Source of the DNA: an uncultured Chloroflexia bacterium
Lineage (GTDB): Bacteria; Chloroflexota; Limnocylindria; Limnocylindrales; CSP1-4
Length of the DNA stretch: 64,000 bases
Assembly (NCBI GenBank): GCA_963712745.1
Contig: CAVQJC010000006.1
Location: 96,001-160,000, forward strand
Direction: 5' to 3'
Under the pieces are notes generated by a model, which was given only the letters and a program-made list of their open reading frames with translations, did not search any database and was not told the origin of the DNA. Every line of letters starts with the position of its first letter. Position 1 is the first letter of the stretch. A program made the translations under genes and the position numbers. This document shows, in pieces, positions 50,356 through 60,299 of the stretch.

Positions 50356-51231
50356 ATGGGCAGCAAGAAGACGAGGGCCGCGGGCCAGACAGGCAAGACG
50401 AAGTCAGTGGCGTCCGGGAAGACAGGGGCGTCACGCGAACCAGACTCGGAGGCACCCGGCCTGTCGCGCAAGTACTACGAGCAGGAGCTGGCCAAGCTGC
50501 AGATCGAGCTGGTCAAGCTGCAGGAGTGGATCCGCGCCCGCGGCTTGAAGGTGGTCATCCTCTTCGAGGGTCGTGATGCCGCCGGCAAGGGCGGCTCCAT
50601 CAAGCGCATCACCCAGAGCCTCAACCCTCGCGTCGCCCGCGTGGTGGCCCTGCCGGCTCCGACCGAGCGCGAACGCACACAGTGGTACTTCCAGCGCTAC
50701 GTGGCCCATCTCCCGGCCGCTGGCGAGATGGTCCTCTTCGACCGCAGCTGGTACAACCGCGCCGGTGTCGACCGCGTCATGGGATTCGCCACCGAGGCCG
50801 AAGTCGAGGAGTTCTTCCGTACCTGCCCGGAGTTCGAGCGCATGCTGGTGCGCTCGGGGATCATCGTCATCAAGTACTGGTTCTCGGTCAGCGACGCTGA
50901 GCAGGAGGCGCGCTTCCAGCGACGCATCGACGATCCCACCAAGCGCTGGAAGCTGTCCCCTATGGACCTGCAGTCCCGGGCCCGCTGGGTGGAATACAGC
51001 AAGGCCAAGGACGACATGTTCCGCCACACCGACATCAAGCAAGCGCCGTGGTACGTCGTCAACGCCGACAGCAAGCGACGGGCCCGCCTGAACGTCATCA
51101 AGCACCTGCTCTCGCTCATCCCCTATGAGGACCTCACCCCCGATCCCGTGAGGCTGCCACCGCGCGAGCCGGAGAAGGGCTATGTCCGGCCGCCCATCGA
51201 GGAGCAGTCGTTCATCCCCGAGCCCTACTAG
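50356..51231 (+). CDS. ppk2: Polyphosphate kinase 2
   Basis: FEGRDAAGKGG, QWYFQRY, FDRSWYNRAG, WKLSPMD; GGAGG RBS. Confidence 0.95.
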   Translation: MGSKKTRAAGQTGKTKSVASGKTGASREPDSEAPGLSRKYYEQELAKLQIELVKLQEWIRARGLKVVILFEGRDAAGKGGSIKRITQSLNPRVARVVALPAPTERERTQWYFQRYVAHLPAAGEMVLFDRSWYNRAGVDRVMGFATEAEVEEFFRTCPEFERMLVRSGIIVIKYWFSVSDAEQEARFQRRIDDPTKRWKLSPMDLQSRARWVEYSKAKDDMFRHTDIKQAPWYVVNADSKRRARLNVIKHLLSLIPYEDLTPDPVRLPPREPEKGYVRPPIEEQSFIPEPY

Positions 51232-51240
51232 TCGTCAGCG

Positions 51241-52179
51241 GTGCCGAGTACGCTCGTCGTCATCAACCCCCACGCCTCGAGAGTTCGTGACAGCGGCACT
51301 CGCGATCGGCTCAAGCTGCGCCTTGACGCGGTCCTGACACGCCGGGACGGGAGCGCACCCTACATCGTCGAAACCACTGCGCCCGGTGACACGGGACCAC
51401 TCGTGGAGTCGGCGCTCGCAGACGGCGTGCGCGCCGTCGTCTGCGTCGGCGGCGACGGCAGCATGCGCGACGTGGCCGCCGCACTGAAGGGAAGCGGCGT
51501 GCCCATCGGCCTCGTCCCGGCCGGGACCGGCAACCAGGTGGCCGCAGTCCTTGGCGTCCCCACCTCCCTCGATCGCGCGGTGGCCGCGCTCTCGTCCGAG
51601 AACGCAAGGAACATCGATCTCGGCGAGGTCGATGTCCGCCTGACTGGGGGGTCGGAAGTGACGTCCATCTCCATCATCGGCTGCGGCGCCGGCTTCGATG
51701 CCCGGCTGATGGCCACGACCCCGAGCGGTCTCAAGCGGAGACTCGGCAAGTCCGCCTATCTGGCCCAAGCTGTCAGGCTCGGGCTGCGCATCGACGCCCG
51801 ACCCTTCCGCATCACCGTTGACGGGGAGCTGATCGAGATGGATGCCTCCATCGCGCTCATCGGCAACATGGGCCAGGTCCTCCCCGGCCTCATCGACCTG
51901 CGATTGCCCATCGATCCGGGTGACGGGCTGTTCGACGTCATCGCCGTCGCGGCCCGAGGCCCCATCCACGGTCTCAGGGGTCTCATCGACCAGGTGAGGC
52001 GCACGCAGCTTGGCGGAGGGTCGGGCTCGGACAGCATCCGGCTACGCGGTCGCGAGGTGACTATCGAGGCAGCCGAGCCGGAGCCGCTGGAGGTCGACGG
52101 CGACTACGTCGGTGAGGGCAGCCTGGTTGCCCGCATCCTGCCCGGAGCCCTGGATGTGCTCGTGCCGGCTCAACCCTAG
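51241..52179 (+). CDS. Diacylglycerol kinase-family lipid kinase
   Basis: VINP, VGGDGS, PAGTGN, GAGFDA, EVDGD. Confidence 0.9.
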   Translation: MPSTLVVINPHASRVRDSGTRDRLKLRLDAVLTRRDGSAPYIVETTAPGDTGPLVESALADGVRAVVCVGGDGSMRDVAAALKGSGVPIGLVPAGTGNQVAAVLGVPTSLDRAVAALSSENARNIDLGEVDVRLTGGSEVTSISIIGCGAGFDARLMATTPSGLKRRLGKSAYLAQAVRLGLRIDARPFRITVDGELIEMDASIALIGNMGQVLPGLIDLRLPIDPGDGLFDVIAVAARGPIHGLRGLIDQVRRTQLGGGSGSDSIRLRGREVTIEAAEPEPLEVDGDYVGEGSLVARILPGALDVLVPAQP

Positions 52180-52317
52180 CCTGGCCTGTCCTCGGTAGAC
52201 GCGAGCTCTGCTCGCGCTGAGCCAGTTGGCCCCGCAGATCATCGTCCTACACCGTGGCACCGCTAACCATCGTGAGCATGAGCAGGCCGGCCGAGAGACC
52301 GGCGATCATCGAGCGCA

Positions 52318-52926
52318 TCACTCCTCCTCGACCGCCACGTCGCCGGCATCCTCAGGCGGCGGCTGCAGATGCAGCGTTTCGGCCAGGGCCAGCCAGTCAT
52401 CCTCGGCGCGCTCCACGCCCACGCACTCGAGCATGTAGCGGGCTTCGTCGGCGTCGACCAGGTAGACCGTGGTGTGGTCATCGCTGGGCGCGTTGTAGAT
52501 GACCAGTCGGTAGGCCTCGCCGGCGGGCAACGTCAGGGAGGCGACCTCGATGGGCCGCTCGACGTCGCTGTGTGTCGGCGTCATCAGAGCCTCGTAGCGT
52601 GCGGCATGGTCCGCGAGCGACAGCGGATGCGCCGGATACCACACGACCTCGCACCAGGGTGACCCGGCGTCGCTGGCATAGACGACGTTCCAGAAGACGA
52701 CCGGCTCCTCGGCGAACCCCTCGTCGAAGAGCCCCCAGTCCTCCCGCTGGCGCATCTCGATGTCGATGCTCCAGTCCGGCGGGAACGACAGTGCCAGCCC
52801 AGCCTCGGGGACCTCGACCGACTGCGACCCGGGCAGGGGCTCAGCAGTCGCATCGGCGGCCGTCGACGGCGCCGAGACGGCCAGCAGCACGAACGCAAGG
52901 GCGGTGACCCGCAGCTGCATCGCCAT
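52318..52926 (-). CDS. Hypothetical exported protein
   Basis: Signal-like N-terminus, VEVPEAGLALSFP.DW, two Cys, DDWL.LAET. Confidence 0.65.
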   Translation of the reverse strand: MAMQLRVTALAFVLLAVSAPSTAADATAEPLPGSQSVEVPEAGLALSFPPDWSIDIEMRQREDWGLFDEGFAEEPVVFWNVVYASDAGSPWCEVVWYPAHPLSLADHAARYEALMTPTHSDVERPIEVASLTLPAGEAYRLVIYNAPSDDHTTVYLVDADEARYMLECVGVERAEDDWLALAETLHLQPPPEDAGDVAVEEE

Positions 52927-52991
52927 TCCCCCCACGAAGACCCAGTGTTCCAGACCATCGTCCGTCCGGCGGCGACAAACGTCAAACATCG

Positions 52992-53027
52992 CCGACCGCC
53001 GGAGTCCTCGAGGACGGCGGCGGTCGG
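52992..53027 (-). terminator. Hairpin downstream of the VIT-vWA gene
   Basis: CCGACCGCCG / CGGCGGTCGG arms enclosing palindromic GTCCTCGAGGAC; T-rich run follows on the minus strand. Confidence 0.45.
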
Positions 53028-53048
53028 GAGTGGCTGGAGACCGGGATG

Positions 53049-55197
53049 CTAGGAGGCGGCCTCCACGTCAGGCCAGACGATGGTGATCCAACCGTCCGGG
53101 CCCTCGCTGATGACGCGCTCGCCGAGGCTGGCCGCGTCGGCCACTTCGGGCGCCGTCTCGATGAGCGCGAGGAACTCAGCGCTGCCGACCTCGACCTCCG
53201 GGGCATCAGTGCCGGACTCGTAGTCGTCGCGGGTCCAGGTGCCGTCGACCAGGTAGTAGGTGTGGGCGCCCACCACCTGCGAACGTTCGGTGCCCAGGCT
53301 GACGTTGCCCTCGCGCAGGTCTTCCACGGCCTTGGCGCGTTCGACAGCACCCTGGCCGGAGACCGGTGCCGCTGCCAGGGCCTCCGCTTCCTCGAAGACC
53401 GCGTCCGCCGCCACCTGACGACCGTCGCCGGCGAAGAAGTCCATGTCCGGCTCCTCCGCGAGATAGGCCGTGTACGGGGTCACGATGCCGAACTGGCTGG
53501 CGACCTCCACGATCTCTTCCACGAGTGAGTCGCGGACACCTTCGATGCGCAGCTCGGTGAGCAGGTCGGCCACGCGGCGCTGGGCCCACAGCTGGGCCAC
53601 GGTCGGGTCGGCCTCGTCGCGCTGGGGGAAGACGAGCGTCGTACTCGAACCGCTCGGGGCCCTGGGCGGAATTGCCGGTGACGGTCACGGTGGCTTCGCC
53701 ATCGCCGTCGTAGCGGCCCGCGAGCAGGGTCTGGTTGCCGGCGAAGATGCCGGGGATCTCGGCCGGGGCCAGGTCCCACGTGTCCACGCCGTCGATGCTG
53801 ATCTCGATGTCGGACAGCACCGGCGTCGAGACCTTCTCCCAGAGGCGCGCGACCTCGGTGTCGATGCGCTCTTCGGGGCTGACGTAGTGGCTCGATCCGG
53901 TGAAGGTCGAGGCCAGTGCGTCGAGAAGGACGGTGTCGACGTCGTAGCCGACGCCGAAAGCGAAGAGCTGTGTGCGCTCAGGCGCGGCCCGCTCAGCGAC
54001 CTCGAGGATGCCATCGGCCTCCTCGATGCCGACCGTGGCAAGGCCGTCGGTCAGGAAGACGACCGTGCCCGGACGGTCACCGTCGAGGAACTCCATGCCG
54101 CGCTCGAGCGCGCCGCTGATGTTGGTGTTGCCCCCCGCGCCAAGGCCGCGGACGTAGTCGATGCCGGCCTCGGCGTCCTCGGCCGAGCGCAGGACCTCAT
54201 CGAAGGTGCGCACGTAGCGGCTGAAGTCGACCACCGCGAAGCGGTCGTCCGAGCCGAGGTTGTCGATCACGTATTCGGCCGCGGCGATGGCCTGGGCCAT
54301 CTTGTCGCCTTCCATCGAACCGGAACGGTCGAGCACGACCACCACGTCGCGGGCGACCGACTCGTCCAGCTCCACGATGGGGGCAAAGAGCAGGCTGAAG
54401 TAGCCGTCGTCACCGCGTTCGCGATAGGCCAGCAGGCGGGTGTCGATGAGACCCTCGCCGCCGGTGAGGTAGAGCCGGAAGTTCGTGTCGGGCGTCCAGC
54501 TGCCGGAGGACTCCCAGCCGATGCCGATCTCGCCCTCGCCACGACGCTCCTCATCGAGGTCGAAGCTGGGGGCGATGGCCGAGCGGACCTCCCAGGGGAC
54601 GTCGACGTCGACGTTGACCTGGGCGCTGGCGGGTCGCGGTGACATGCGCGACCAGGGCACCTCCAGGACCGCCTGCTCGCCCTCGGCCAGCAGTGGGGTG
54701 GTGACGGTGAAGCTGACCGAGCGCTCCTCGCCGGCCGGGACCGGGAAGGCTCGGACCTCGTAGAGATCGCCCTCGAGCGAGCGCAGCAGGGCCGGGTCGA
54801 TGAGGCGGCGCACGATGTCCTCGTAGATGCGCGTGGCGTCGTCAGCGTCGAGGAGCTTGCCCTCGAGCGTCTCGGGCCCGCCGGAGAGGACGAGGTCGGT
54901 GACGGAGCTGCCAGCCGGGACGGGGAAGACGATGCGCCCCTCAGCACCAGGGCCGCCGTGGCGTTCGTCGGCCGGGTTGGACAGGTCGAAGCGGTAGCGC
55001 GCCACCGTCGTGCCGTCGGTGACCTCGATATCGGCTTCGATGCCGTCGAGCTGCGCCACCTGGTCGACCGGCCACCAGCAACCCGGGCAGGGCATGGGTG
55101 GCATCGGTTCGGGCTCGACGATCTGGGCAGCTGCGGCAGTCGGCAGCAGGAGCAGTGCCGCCAGCGCGGTGACGATGATCCGGGAAAGGGAGCGCAT
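53049..55197 (-). CDS. Exported VIT + von Willebrand factor A domain protein (frameshift near 53637)
   Basis: Signal peptide; YEDIVRRLIDPALL (VIT), DRSGSM MIDAS, GGNTNI, FLTDG, FGVGYDV; C-terminus LWAQRRV...GIVTPYTAYL in second frame. Confidence 0.87.
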
Positions 55198-55255
55198 GGT
55201 CGTACCTCTATGCGGTGTGCACGGCTATGACGCCAGCCCGCGTGTGCCGGTTCCC

Positions 55256-56101
55256 TCAGCCGGTGCGCGGAGGCCCCAGGCGGATGAAGTCGCGGATCTC
55301 GTCGAGCGACATGCGGCCAGGGTAGATGTGCTCCAGCCACCAGGTCACGCCGGCGTCCGCATAGCTGGCCGCCGACTCGGCATCGCGGACGCGGTCGCCG
55401 CTGAGCAGCCCCGCGTGGACGAGGTCGAATGGGCCTTCGGTGCTGCGGTGCTCGGCTACGAAGGCCATGGCCTCGGCCATCTCTTCGCGGGTCATCTGGT
55501 AGGTATGGCCCCCGCCCGCCCTGAGGGGGAAGACGCCGTCCCAGGCCGCGGCCCGCCGCATCGGACGCTTGTGGGGCCAGAGCCCTGCCACCCACACCGG
55601 GATACGCGGCCGCTGCAGCGGTGTCGGCAGGAAGCCCTTGGTGTGGGCCCGCAGGTGGTCGCCTTCGAACGCAAACGCCTCCCCTGACCAGAGGCCATCG
55701 AGCACGGCCAGGCTCTCGTCGAGGATGCGGGCTCGCGCCCGGCGGTCTCCCTCGTCGCCGAAGGCGGTGAACTCGCGCTCGTCTTGTTCGCCCAGGCCGA
55801 CTCCGAGGATGAGCCGGCCGCCGGATAGATGGTCGAGGGCGACGGTCTCACGGGCCAGGCTGGTCATGCGCCGGCGAGCCAGCGGCGTGACCATAGGCCC
55901 GAGGAAGATCCGTTCGGTACGCACTGCAACGGCGGTCAGCGCTACCCATGGGTCAGTCACCGGCACACGCCCCTCGGCAAGCAGGTGATCCCACAGGAAG
56001 AACCCGTCCCAGCCTGCAGATTCGGACTCGACCGCGAGATCAGCCAGCAGGCCCGGGTCGGCGAGGTCGCCGAAGATGGTCAGGTCGATTCCGAACCTCA
56101 T
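55256..56101 (-). CDS. Luciferase-like (LLM) flavin-dependent oxidoreductase
   Basis: GWDGFFLWDH, DPWVALTAVA, LDHLSGGRLILGVGLG, PRIPVWVAG. Confidence 0.88.
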   Translation of the reverse strand: MRFGIDLTIFGDLADPGLLADLAVESESAGWDGFFLWDHLLAEGRVPVTDPWVALTAVAVRTERIFLGPMVTPLARRRMTSLARETVALDHLSGGRLILGVGLGEQDEREFTAFGDEGDRRARARILDESLAVLDGLWSGEAFAFEGDHLRAHTKGFLPTPLQRPRIPVWVAGLWPHKRPMRRAAAWDGVFPLRAGGGHTYQMTREEMAEAMAFVAEHRSTEGPFDLVHAGLLSGDRVRDAESAASYADAGVTWWLEHIYPGRMSLDEIRDFIRLGPPRTG

Positions 56102-56478
56102 GCGCTGCCCTGTTCAAGCAGATGGATGAACAGGCCGCGCGAAGTCTCGTCGCTGATGGGCCGGGTGACATGGCCGAGCCCGGTGAGGTCCTCGAGCAGG
56201 ACGATGTCACCAGGGTCGAGCTTCCGCGTTTCCCCGTCGCTGACCTCGACCTCGAGCCGTCCACCGAGATTGACGTAGAACTGCCGCCGCGGGCTGGGGT
56301 GCCAGTCGCCCGACCAGCCGGCCGGGAACTCGAAGAGCAGGGCGCGCTCCACCGGATAGGGGGCCGAGAGGTCAAGTGGTGGGGTCGGCGGTGCATAGGC
56401 GATTCGGGCCATCTCGACGTCGACGTCCTCGAAGTGCGATGCGCCGTCCGCGTCGTTGTAGATGCGCATGAACCTCAC
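56098..56478 (-). CDS. Cupin domain protein
   Basis: RIYNDADGASHFED, WHPSPRRQF, GD..LLEDLTG.GH; GTG after GAGG. Confidence 0.8.
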   Translation of the reverse strand: MRFMRIYNDADGASHFEDVDVEMARIAYAPPTPPLDLSAPYPVERALLFEFPAGWSGDWHPSPRRQFYVNLGGRLEVEVSDGETRKLDPGDIVLLEDLTGLGHVTRPISDETSRGLFIHLLEQGSA

Positions 56479-56488
56479 GGGCGGTACC

Positions 56489-57199
56489 TCAGCGCTTGAA
56501 CTCGGGGTTGGACACATCGAGTATGTCGCTACGTACGGCCGCTGGCGAGGCATACAGGCCGAGCAGGGACTGCAGGTCGCGCAGCGCGCGGTCGATATCG
56601 TCAGGTGCCGCGGGGTGGTGGCCCTCGACGGTCACGAGGATCTCGGTCGTGTCGTCGACGGCCGCCGAGGCCCGGGACTGGCGCCAGCACCAGCGACGAG
56701 CGCTCACCTGCTCGTCATGGTCCGCGAAGATGACCTCGCCCGGCTCGGGGTGTTCGGCCTCACTGGAACCAAGATCGGCCCAAGTCTCGCCGCCGTGGGC
56801 CAGGCGCACCATCGTGCCGCCACTGACTGCGCGCTGGTCGAAGACCGCCACGGGCAGGGCGTAGCGGATGCTGACCAGGTTGGCCAGATCGACCAGCGTG
56901 TCGATCGAGGGTAGCTCGCCCTGCTTGGTCAGCCGACGCAGGAGCGCCTCGGCAGCCGAACGGTACTTGGTGGGGTTGACGCCGAAGCTACGGAACACAC
57001 CGCGCCAGGCGGCCAACGTGGGCAGCTCGCTCAGGGGCGTGTCGCCGATCCTCCGGCGCACGGAGGCCTGCTCGGCCAGGAACGCCGCGGTCAGCTCCGC
57101 GGGCGCCGGCCGGTTGGCCACGCCGTGCGCGTGGATGACACCACCGACGACATTGGGGAAGCGCTCGAGGATCTCGTGGTCGTAGGCGAAAAGCGCCAT
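56489..57199 (-). CDS. Stand-alone B3/4 (PheRS beta editing-like) domain protein
   Basis: WR..FRSFG.NPTKYRSAAEALLRR, LVDLANLVS.RY.LPV..FD, GEVIFAD, RRWCWRQS. Confidence 0.87.
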   Translation of the reverse strand: MALFAYDHEILERFPNVVGGVIHAHGVANRPAPAELTAAFLAEQASVRRRIGDTPLSELPTLAAWRGVFRSFGVNPTKYRSAAEALLRRLTKQGELPSIDTLVDLANLVSIRYALPVAVFDQRAVSGGTMVRLAHGGETWADLGSSEAEHPEPGEVIFADHDEQVSARRWCWRQSRASAAVDDTTEILVTVEGHHPAAPDDIDRALRDLQSLLGLYASPAAVRSDILDVSNPEFKR

Positions 57200-57257
57200 G
57201 CCACAAGTGTCGCACTCGGAGATGCAACGTTTCTCGGTGGTGTGTGCCCTTTAGGCT

Positions 57258-57567
57258 ATGAGCGTCGCCAAGATCGACGCGTCCGAAGGAAGAGGTCGAG
57301 GGCCTGGACGAAGCCGGTGTGTGCTCCGCACTGTGGCACGTCGTCAACGACGGCGGCGAGTGGATCGGCGAGTACACGACGCTGCGAACGCCTGAGCACG
57401 GCTACGCCACCAACGCCATCCGGTTGGTCGGCCACGGCGGCTACGAAGGCCTGTTCGCTGTCATCCAGGCCGACTTCCGTGATGATTGCGGCTGGCACGT
57501 CGAGGGCTTCATCCTCGACCGTGATGTACCCGCCTTCCCGGAGCCGGTGGAGCGATCGAGCAAATAG
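57258..57567 (+). pseudogene. Probable C-terminal fragment of an exported protein
   Basis: WHVVNDGGEWIG...LVGHGGYEGLFAV...EGFILDRDVPAFP reads like real protein but has no in-frame start with leader; ATG at 57258 is out of frame. Confidence 0.35.
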
Positions 57568-57577
57568 GCGCTCCCAC

Positions 57578-58909
57578 CTACCAGTCGGTCCGGCCCGCCA
57601 CGAGCTGGCCGGCACCATCCGCGCCGACCGCCTGTGCCGCCAACACAGCAGCACCGAAGGCAGTCGGCTCGGGCTCGTCGACCACCGCCATGGGGCGAGC
57701 ATAGGCCGCCTTGCGCAGTGCGCGCCACAACGCCACGCGCGTTGGGTGGCCTGCGGTGAGCACGACCTGGAAAGGGCTCCCGCTGGCCAGTTCGAGGCGA
57801 TCCACGATAGCGGCCGATCGTCGCGCGAGGCCCTCGAGGACTGCGCGCATCATGGCGGCACGGTCTGCGTCATAGGGCACGGCGTCGAAGCGGGCGAGCC
57901 GGAGGTCGTCGCTCGGTTCGAAGGAAGCCCGACCCGCGTCGGCAGCCTCGACCTCCGCATACAGCTCGCTGTCAGTCGCGGCGGGGTACAGCAGCTCGCG
58001 CCACTGCCTGAAGAAGTGGCCTGAGTGGATGTTGATGTGCGCGTACCAGGTGCGTCCATCGACGTAGCAGCCCTGGTCGATCCCGCGTCCCGCGTCTCTC
58101 GGGAGCGGCGCTTCCAGCAGCGCCAGATGGGCCTCGGACGTACCGGCCGACAGGAAGAGCTCGCGCGTCGATCGGATGCCTGCCCCGTATGCAGCACAGA
58201 GGTGGTCGTGTCCACCGGCCACGAGGGCGACGTCCGGCGGTAGTCCGACCCGCTCGGCGAGTCGCCCATCGAGCCTGCCGATGATCGTTCCGCTCGGGAC
58301 CAGTCGCGGAAAGGCAAGCTCAAGACCGGCCACCCCGATGGTCTGCTCGTCCCATGATCGCTCGACGATATCGAAGGCGCCAGCGCGGGAGGCATGGGAC
58401 CAATCCATGACCAGCTCGCCACCGAACCCGTGGAGCACGTAGTCGCCGAGGTCGGTCCAGGTCGCTGCCGCCAGGATCGCCTCCGGCTCGTGCTGGCGGG
58501 TCCAAAGCAGCTTGAACAGCGAGAACGTTGGGTCCGGAGGCCACCGACGCGAGAGATCGACATGGCCACCGGGGCCGGCCAGGAAGGCCGCGGCCTCCTC
58601 GAATCCTCGGGGGTCGTACCAGGCGATGACATCGCCAAGCGGCGCGCCAGTCTCGTCGAGCAGGACGACCTCCTCGCCCACGCTGGCGACGCAGAGTGCC
58701 ACCACGGACTGGCTCGGGACGCTACTCGCCACGCGCCTGGTCAGGACCATGACCATCTCGAGGACGTCTGTGGGCCGGTGGGCTTCGCCGCGCTCGTCGC
58801 GCTGGAGCGGGGTGGGCGCCGACTCGACCGCCAGCGTCCGCCCCGTACCCGTCTCGAGCGCGAGGGCCTTCGTGTGCGTAGTGCCGATGTCGATGCCGAG
58901 GGTGATCAC
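57578..58909 (-). CDS. FGGY-family carbohydrate kinase
   Basis: LGIDIGTTHTKA, SVGE, WYDPR, SHASR, GGHDH, SAGTSE, RAVLEG; GTGA overlap. Confidence 0.88.
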   Translation of the reverse strand: MITLGIDIGTTHTKALALETGTGRTLAVESAPTPLQRDERGEAHRPTDVLEMVMVLTRRVASSVPSQSVVALCVASVGEEVVLLDETGAPLGDVIAWYDPRGFEEAAAFLAGPGGHVDLSRRWPPDPTFSLFKLLWTRQHEPEAILAAATWTDLGDYVLHGFGGELVMDWSHASRAGAFDIVERSWDEQTIGVAGLELAFPRLVPSGTIIGRLDGRLAERVGLPPDVALVAGGHDHLCAAYGAGIRSTRELFLSAGTSEAHLALLEAPLPRDAGRGIDQGCYVDGRTWYAHINIHSGHFFRQWRELLYPAATDSELYAEVEAADAGRASFEPSDDLRLARFDAVPYDADRAAMMRAVLEGLARRSAAIVDRLELASGSPFQVVLTAGHPTRVALWRALRKAAYARPMAVVDEPEPTAFGAAVLAAQAVGADGAGQLVAGRTDW

Positions 58910-59859
58910 TCCGCATCCGTCACGGCGTGCAGCGATACCTGTGGCAGCCACTCAGCTGGATCGAAGCCGGGCGGCAGCTCAGGCGGCAGGTGGGTCGCCC
59001 CGGCCGTGCCACAGGCGGCACCCAGCCCGATGGCTTCGCGTGGTGCCTGGCCGCGCTCGATGCCGACCGCGAGGCCAGCCAGGAGCAGGTCTCCCGAGCC
59101 TGTGGGGTTGACCTCATCGATCACCGGCACGCGAGCGTGGACCACGCCGGCGGCGTCGGCGACAAGTGCACCCTCGGCACCCAACGTCACCACCACGACC
59201 TCGATGCCGCGGCCGCGCAGGACCTGCATTCGCGGGGCCAGCGCTTCTGGCGCGAGCGCGGCCTCAGGATCAGGGGCGTCCACGAGCTCGAGCAGCTCCC
59301 TGCGGTTGCACTTGAGCATCCAGGGCCTGCGCGCGGCCGCGACCCGCAGCGCGTCGCTGTGGATATCGACGATGGTCCTGGCGCCCGCGGCACGGCCGAT
59401 GTCGAGCACATCCCCCGCGACATCGGGCCGGACGCTGTCTGGAAGGCTGCCCGAGAGCACGACCAGGTCGTTCGGGCCGCAGTCTGCTCGGAGGTCATCG
59501 AGGAATCGAGCGACCTCGACCGCGGACACCTTCGGGCCGGGCTCGTTGAGCACGGTCGAACGCCCGCGTCGAGGCTCGACGACGATGAAGCAGACGCGCG
59601 TGCCGGCAGCGATGGAGGTGTGGCGATCGACGACGCCATCGGCCAGGATCATCTCGCGCAGGGCCTCCCCGACGTGGCCCCCCAGGAACCCGTAGGCGGT
59701 GGCCGCTGATCCCAAACGGATGGCGGCCCGTGCCACGTTGAAGCCCTTGCCCCCGGGGACGACCTCGACCGTGGCGGCGCGGTTGACCCGCCCCAGGCTC
59801 AGCGGTGGCCAGGTGGAGATGCGGTCCATGGCCGGATTGGCACCGATGACGCGGATCAC
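58906..59859 (-). CDS. 1-phosphofructokinase / tagatose-6-phosphate kinase-like PfkB kinase
   Basis: NPAMD, PGGKGFNVAR, LNEPGP, SGSLP, KCNRRE, TLGAEGA, NPTGSGD. Confidence 0.88.
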   Translation of the reverse strand: MIRVIGANPAMDRISTWPPLSLGRVNRAATVEVVPGGKGFNVARAAIRLGSAATAYGFLGGHVGEALREMILADGVVDRHTSIAAGTRVCFIVVEPRRGRSTVLNEPGPKVSAVEVARFLDDLRADCGPNDLVVLSGSLPDSVRPDVAGDVLDIGRAAGARTIVDIHSDALRVAAARRPWMLKCNRRELLELVDAPDPEAALAPEALAPRMQVLRGRGIEVVVVTLGAEGALVADAAGVVHARVPVIDEVNPTGSGDLLLAGLAVGIERGQAPREAIGLGAACGTAGATHLPPELPPGFDPAEWLPQVSLHAVTDAE

Positions 59860-60290
59860 GGCGCTCCGGGTTCCCAGCCAGGAGGAGCCAGCTCGAAGCC
59901 GTCGAATCGGAATGCCGGCGAGACCGTGCAGCCCACCAGCGTCCACTCCCCCAGCGTCGCCGCCGACTGCCAGTCGCCGGCGTTCACGATGAGCTGCGGT
60001 CGCTGGCCGGCCTCTAGGTCGGGGCCGAGCAGATGGCGCTGTGGTGCCTCCCGGCCAGAACCGGCGGCGACGGACAGCTCGAGGGGGTCGCCCGCGTAGT
60101 GATGCCAGGCTTCGGCCGCATCGAGGCGGTGCCAGTGCGACCGCTGGCCGGCCCGGAGGAGGTAGTAGATGGCGCTGCCGGCCGGGCGCTCGGCCGGCTC
60201 GGCCTCGGCTCGCCAGGTCTCGGCGTAGTAGCCGCCCTCCGGGTGAGGCGCCAGCCCAAGCGCAGCGATGACCGTGTCGGCGTCTGTCAT
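59856..60290 (-). CDS. Cupin_5 (DUF985) protein
   Basis: LGLAPHPEGGYYAET, SAIYYLL, SHWHR, E.WHHYAG, LVGCTVSPAF.F.GFE. Confidence 0.9.
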   Translation of the reverse strand: MTDADTVIAALGLAPHPEGGYYAETWRAEAEPAERPAGSAIYYLLRAGQRSHWHRLDAAEAWHHYAGDPLELSVAAGSGREAPQRHLLGPDLEAGQRPQLIVNAGDWQSAATLGEWTLVGCTVSPAFRFDGFELAPPGWEPGAP

Positions 60291-60299
60291 CCACACAGC

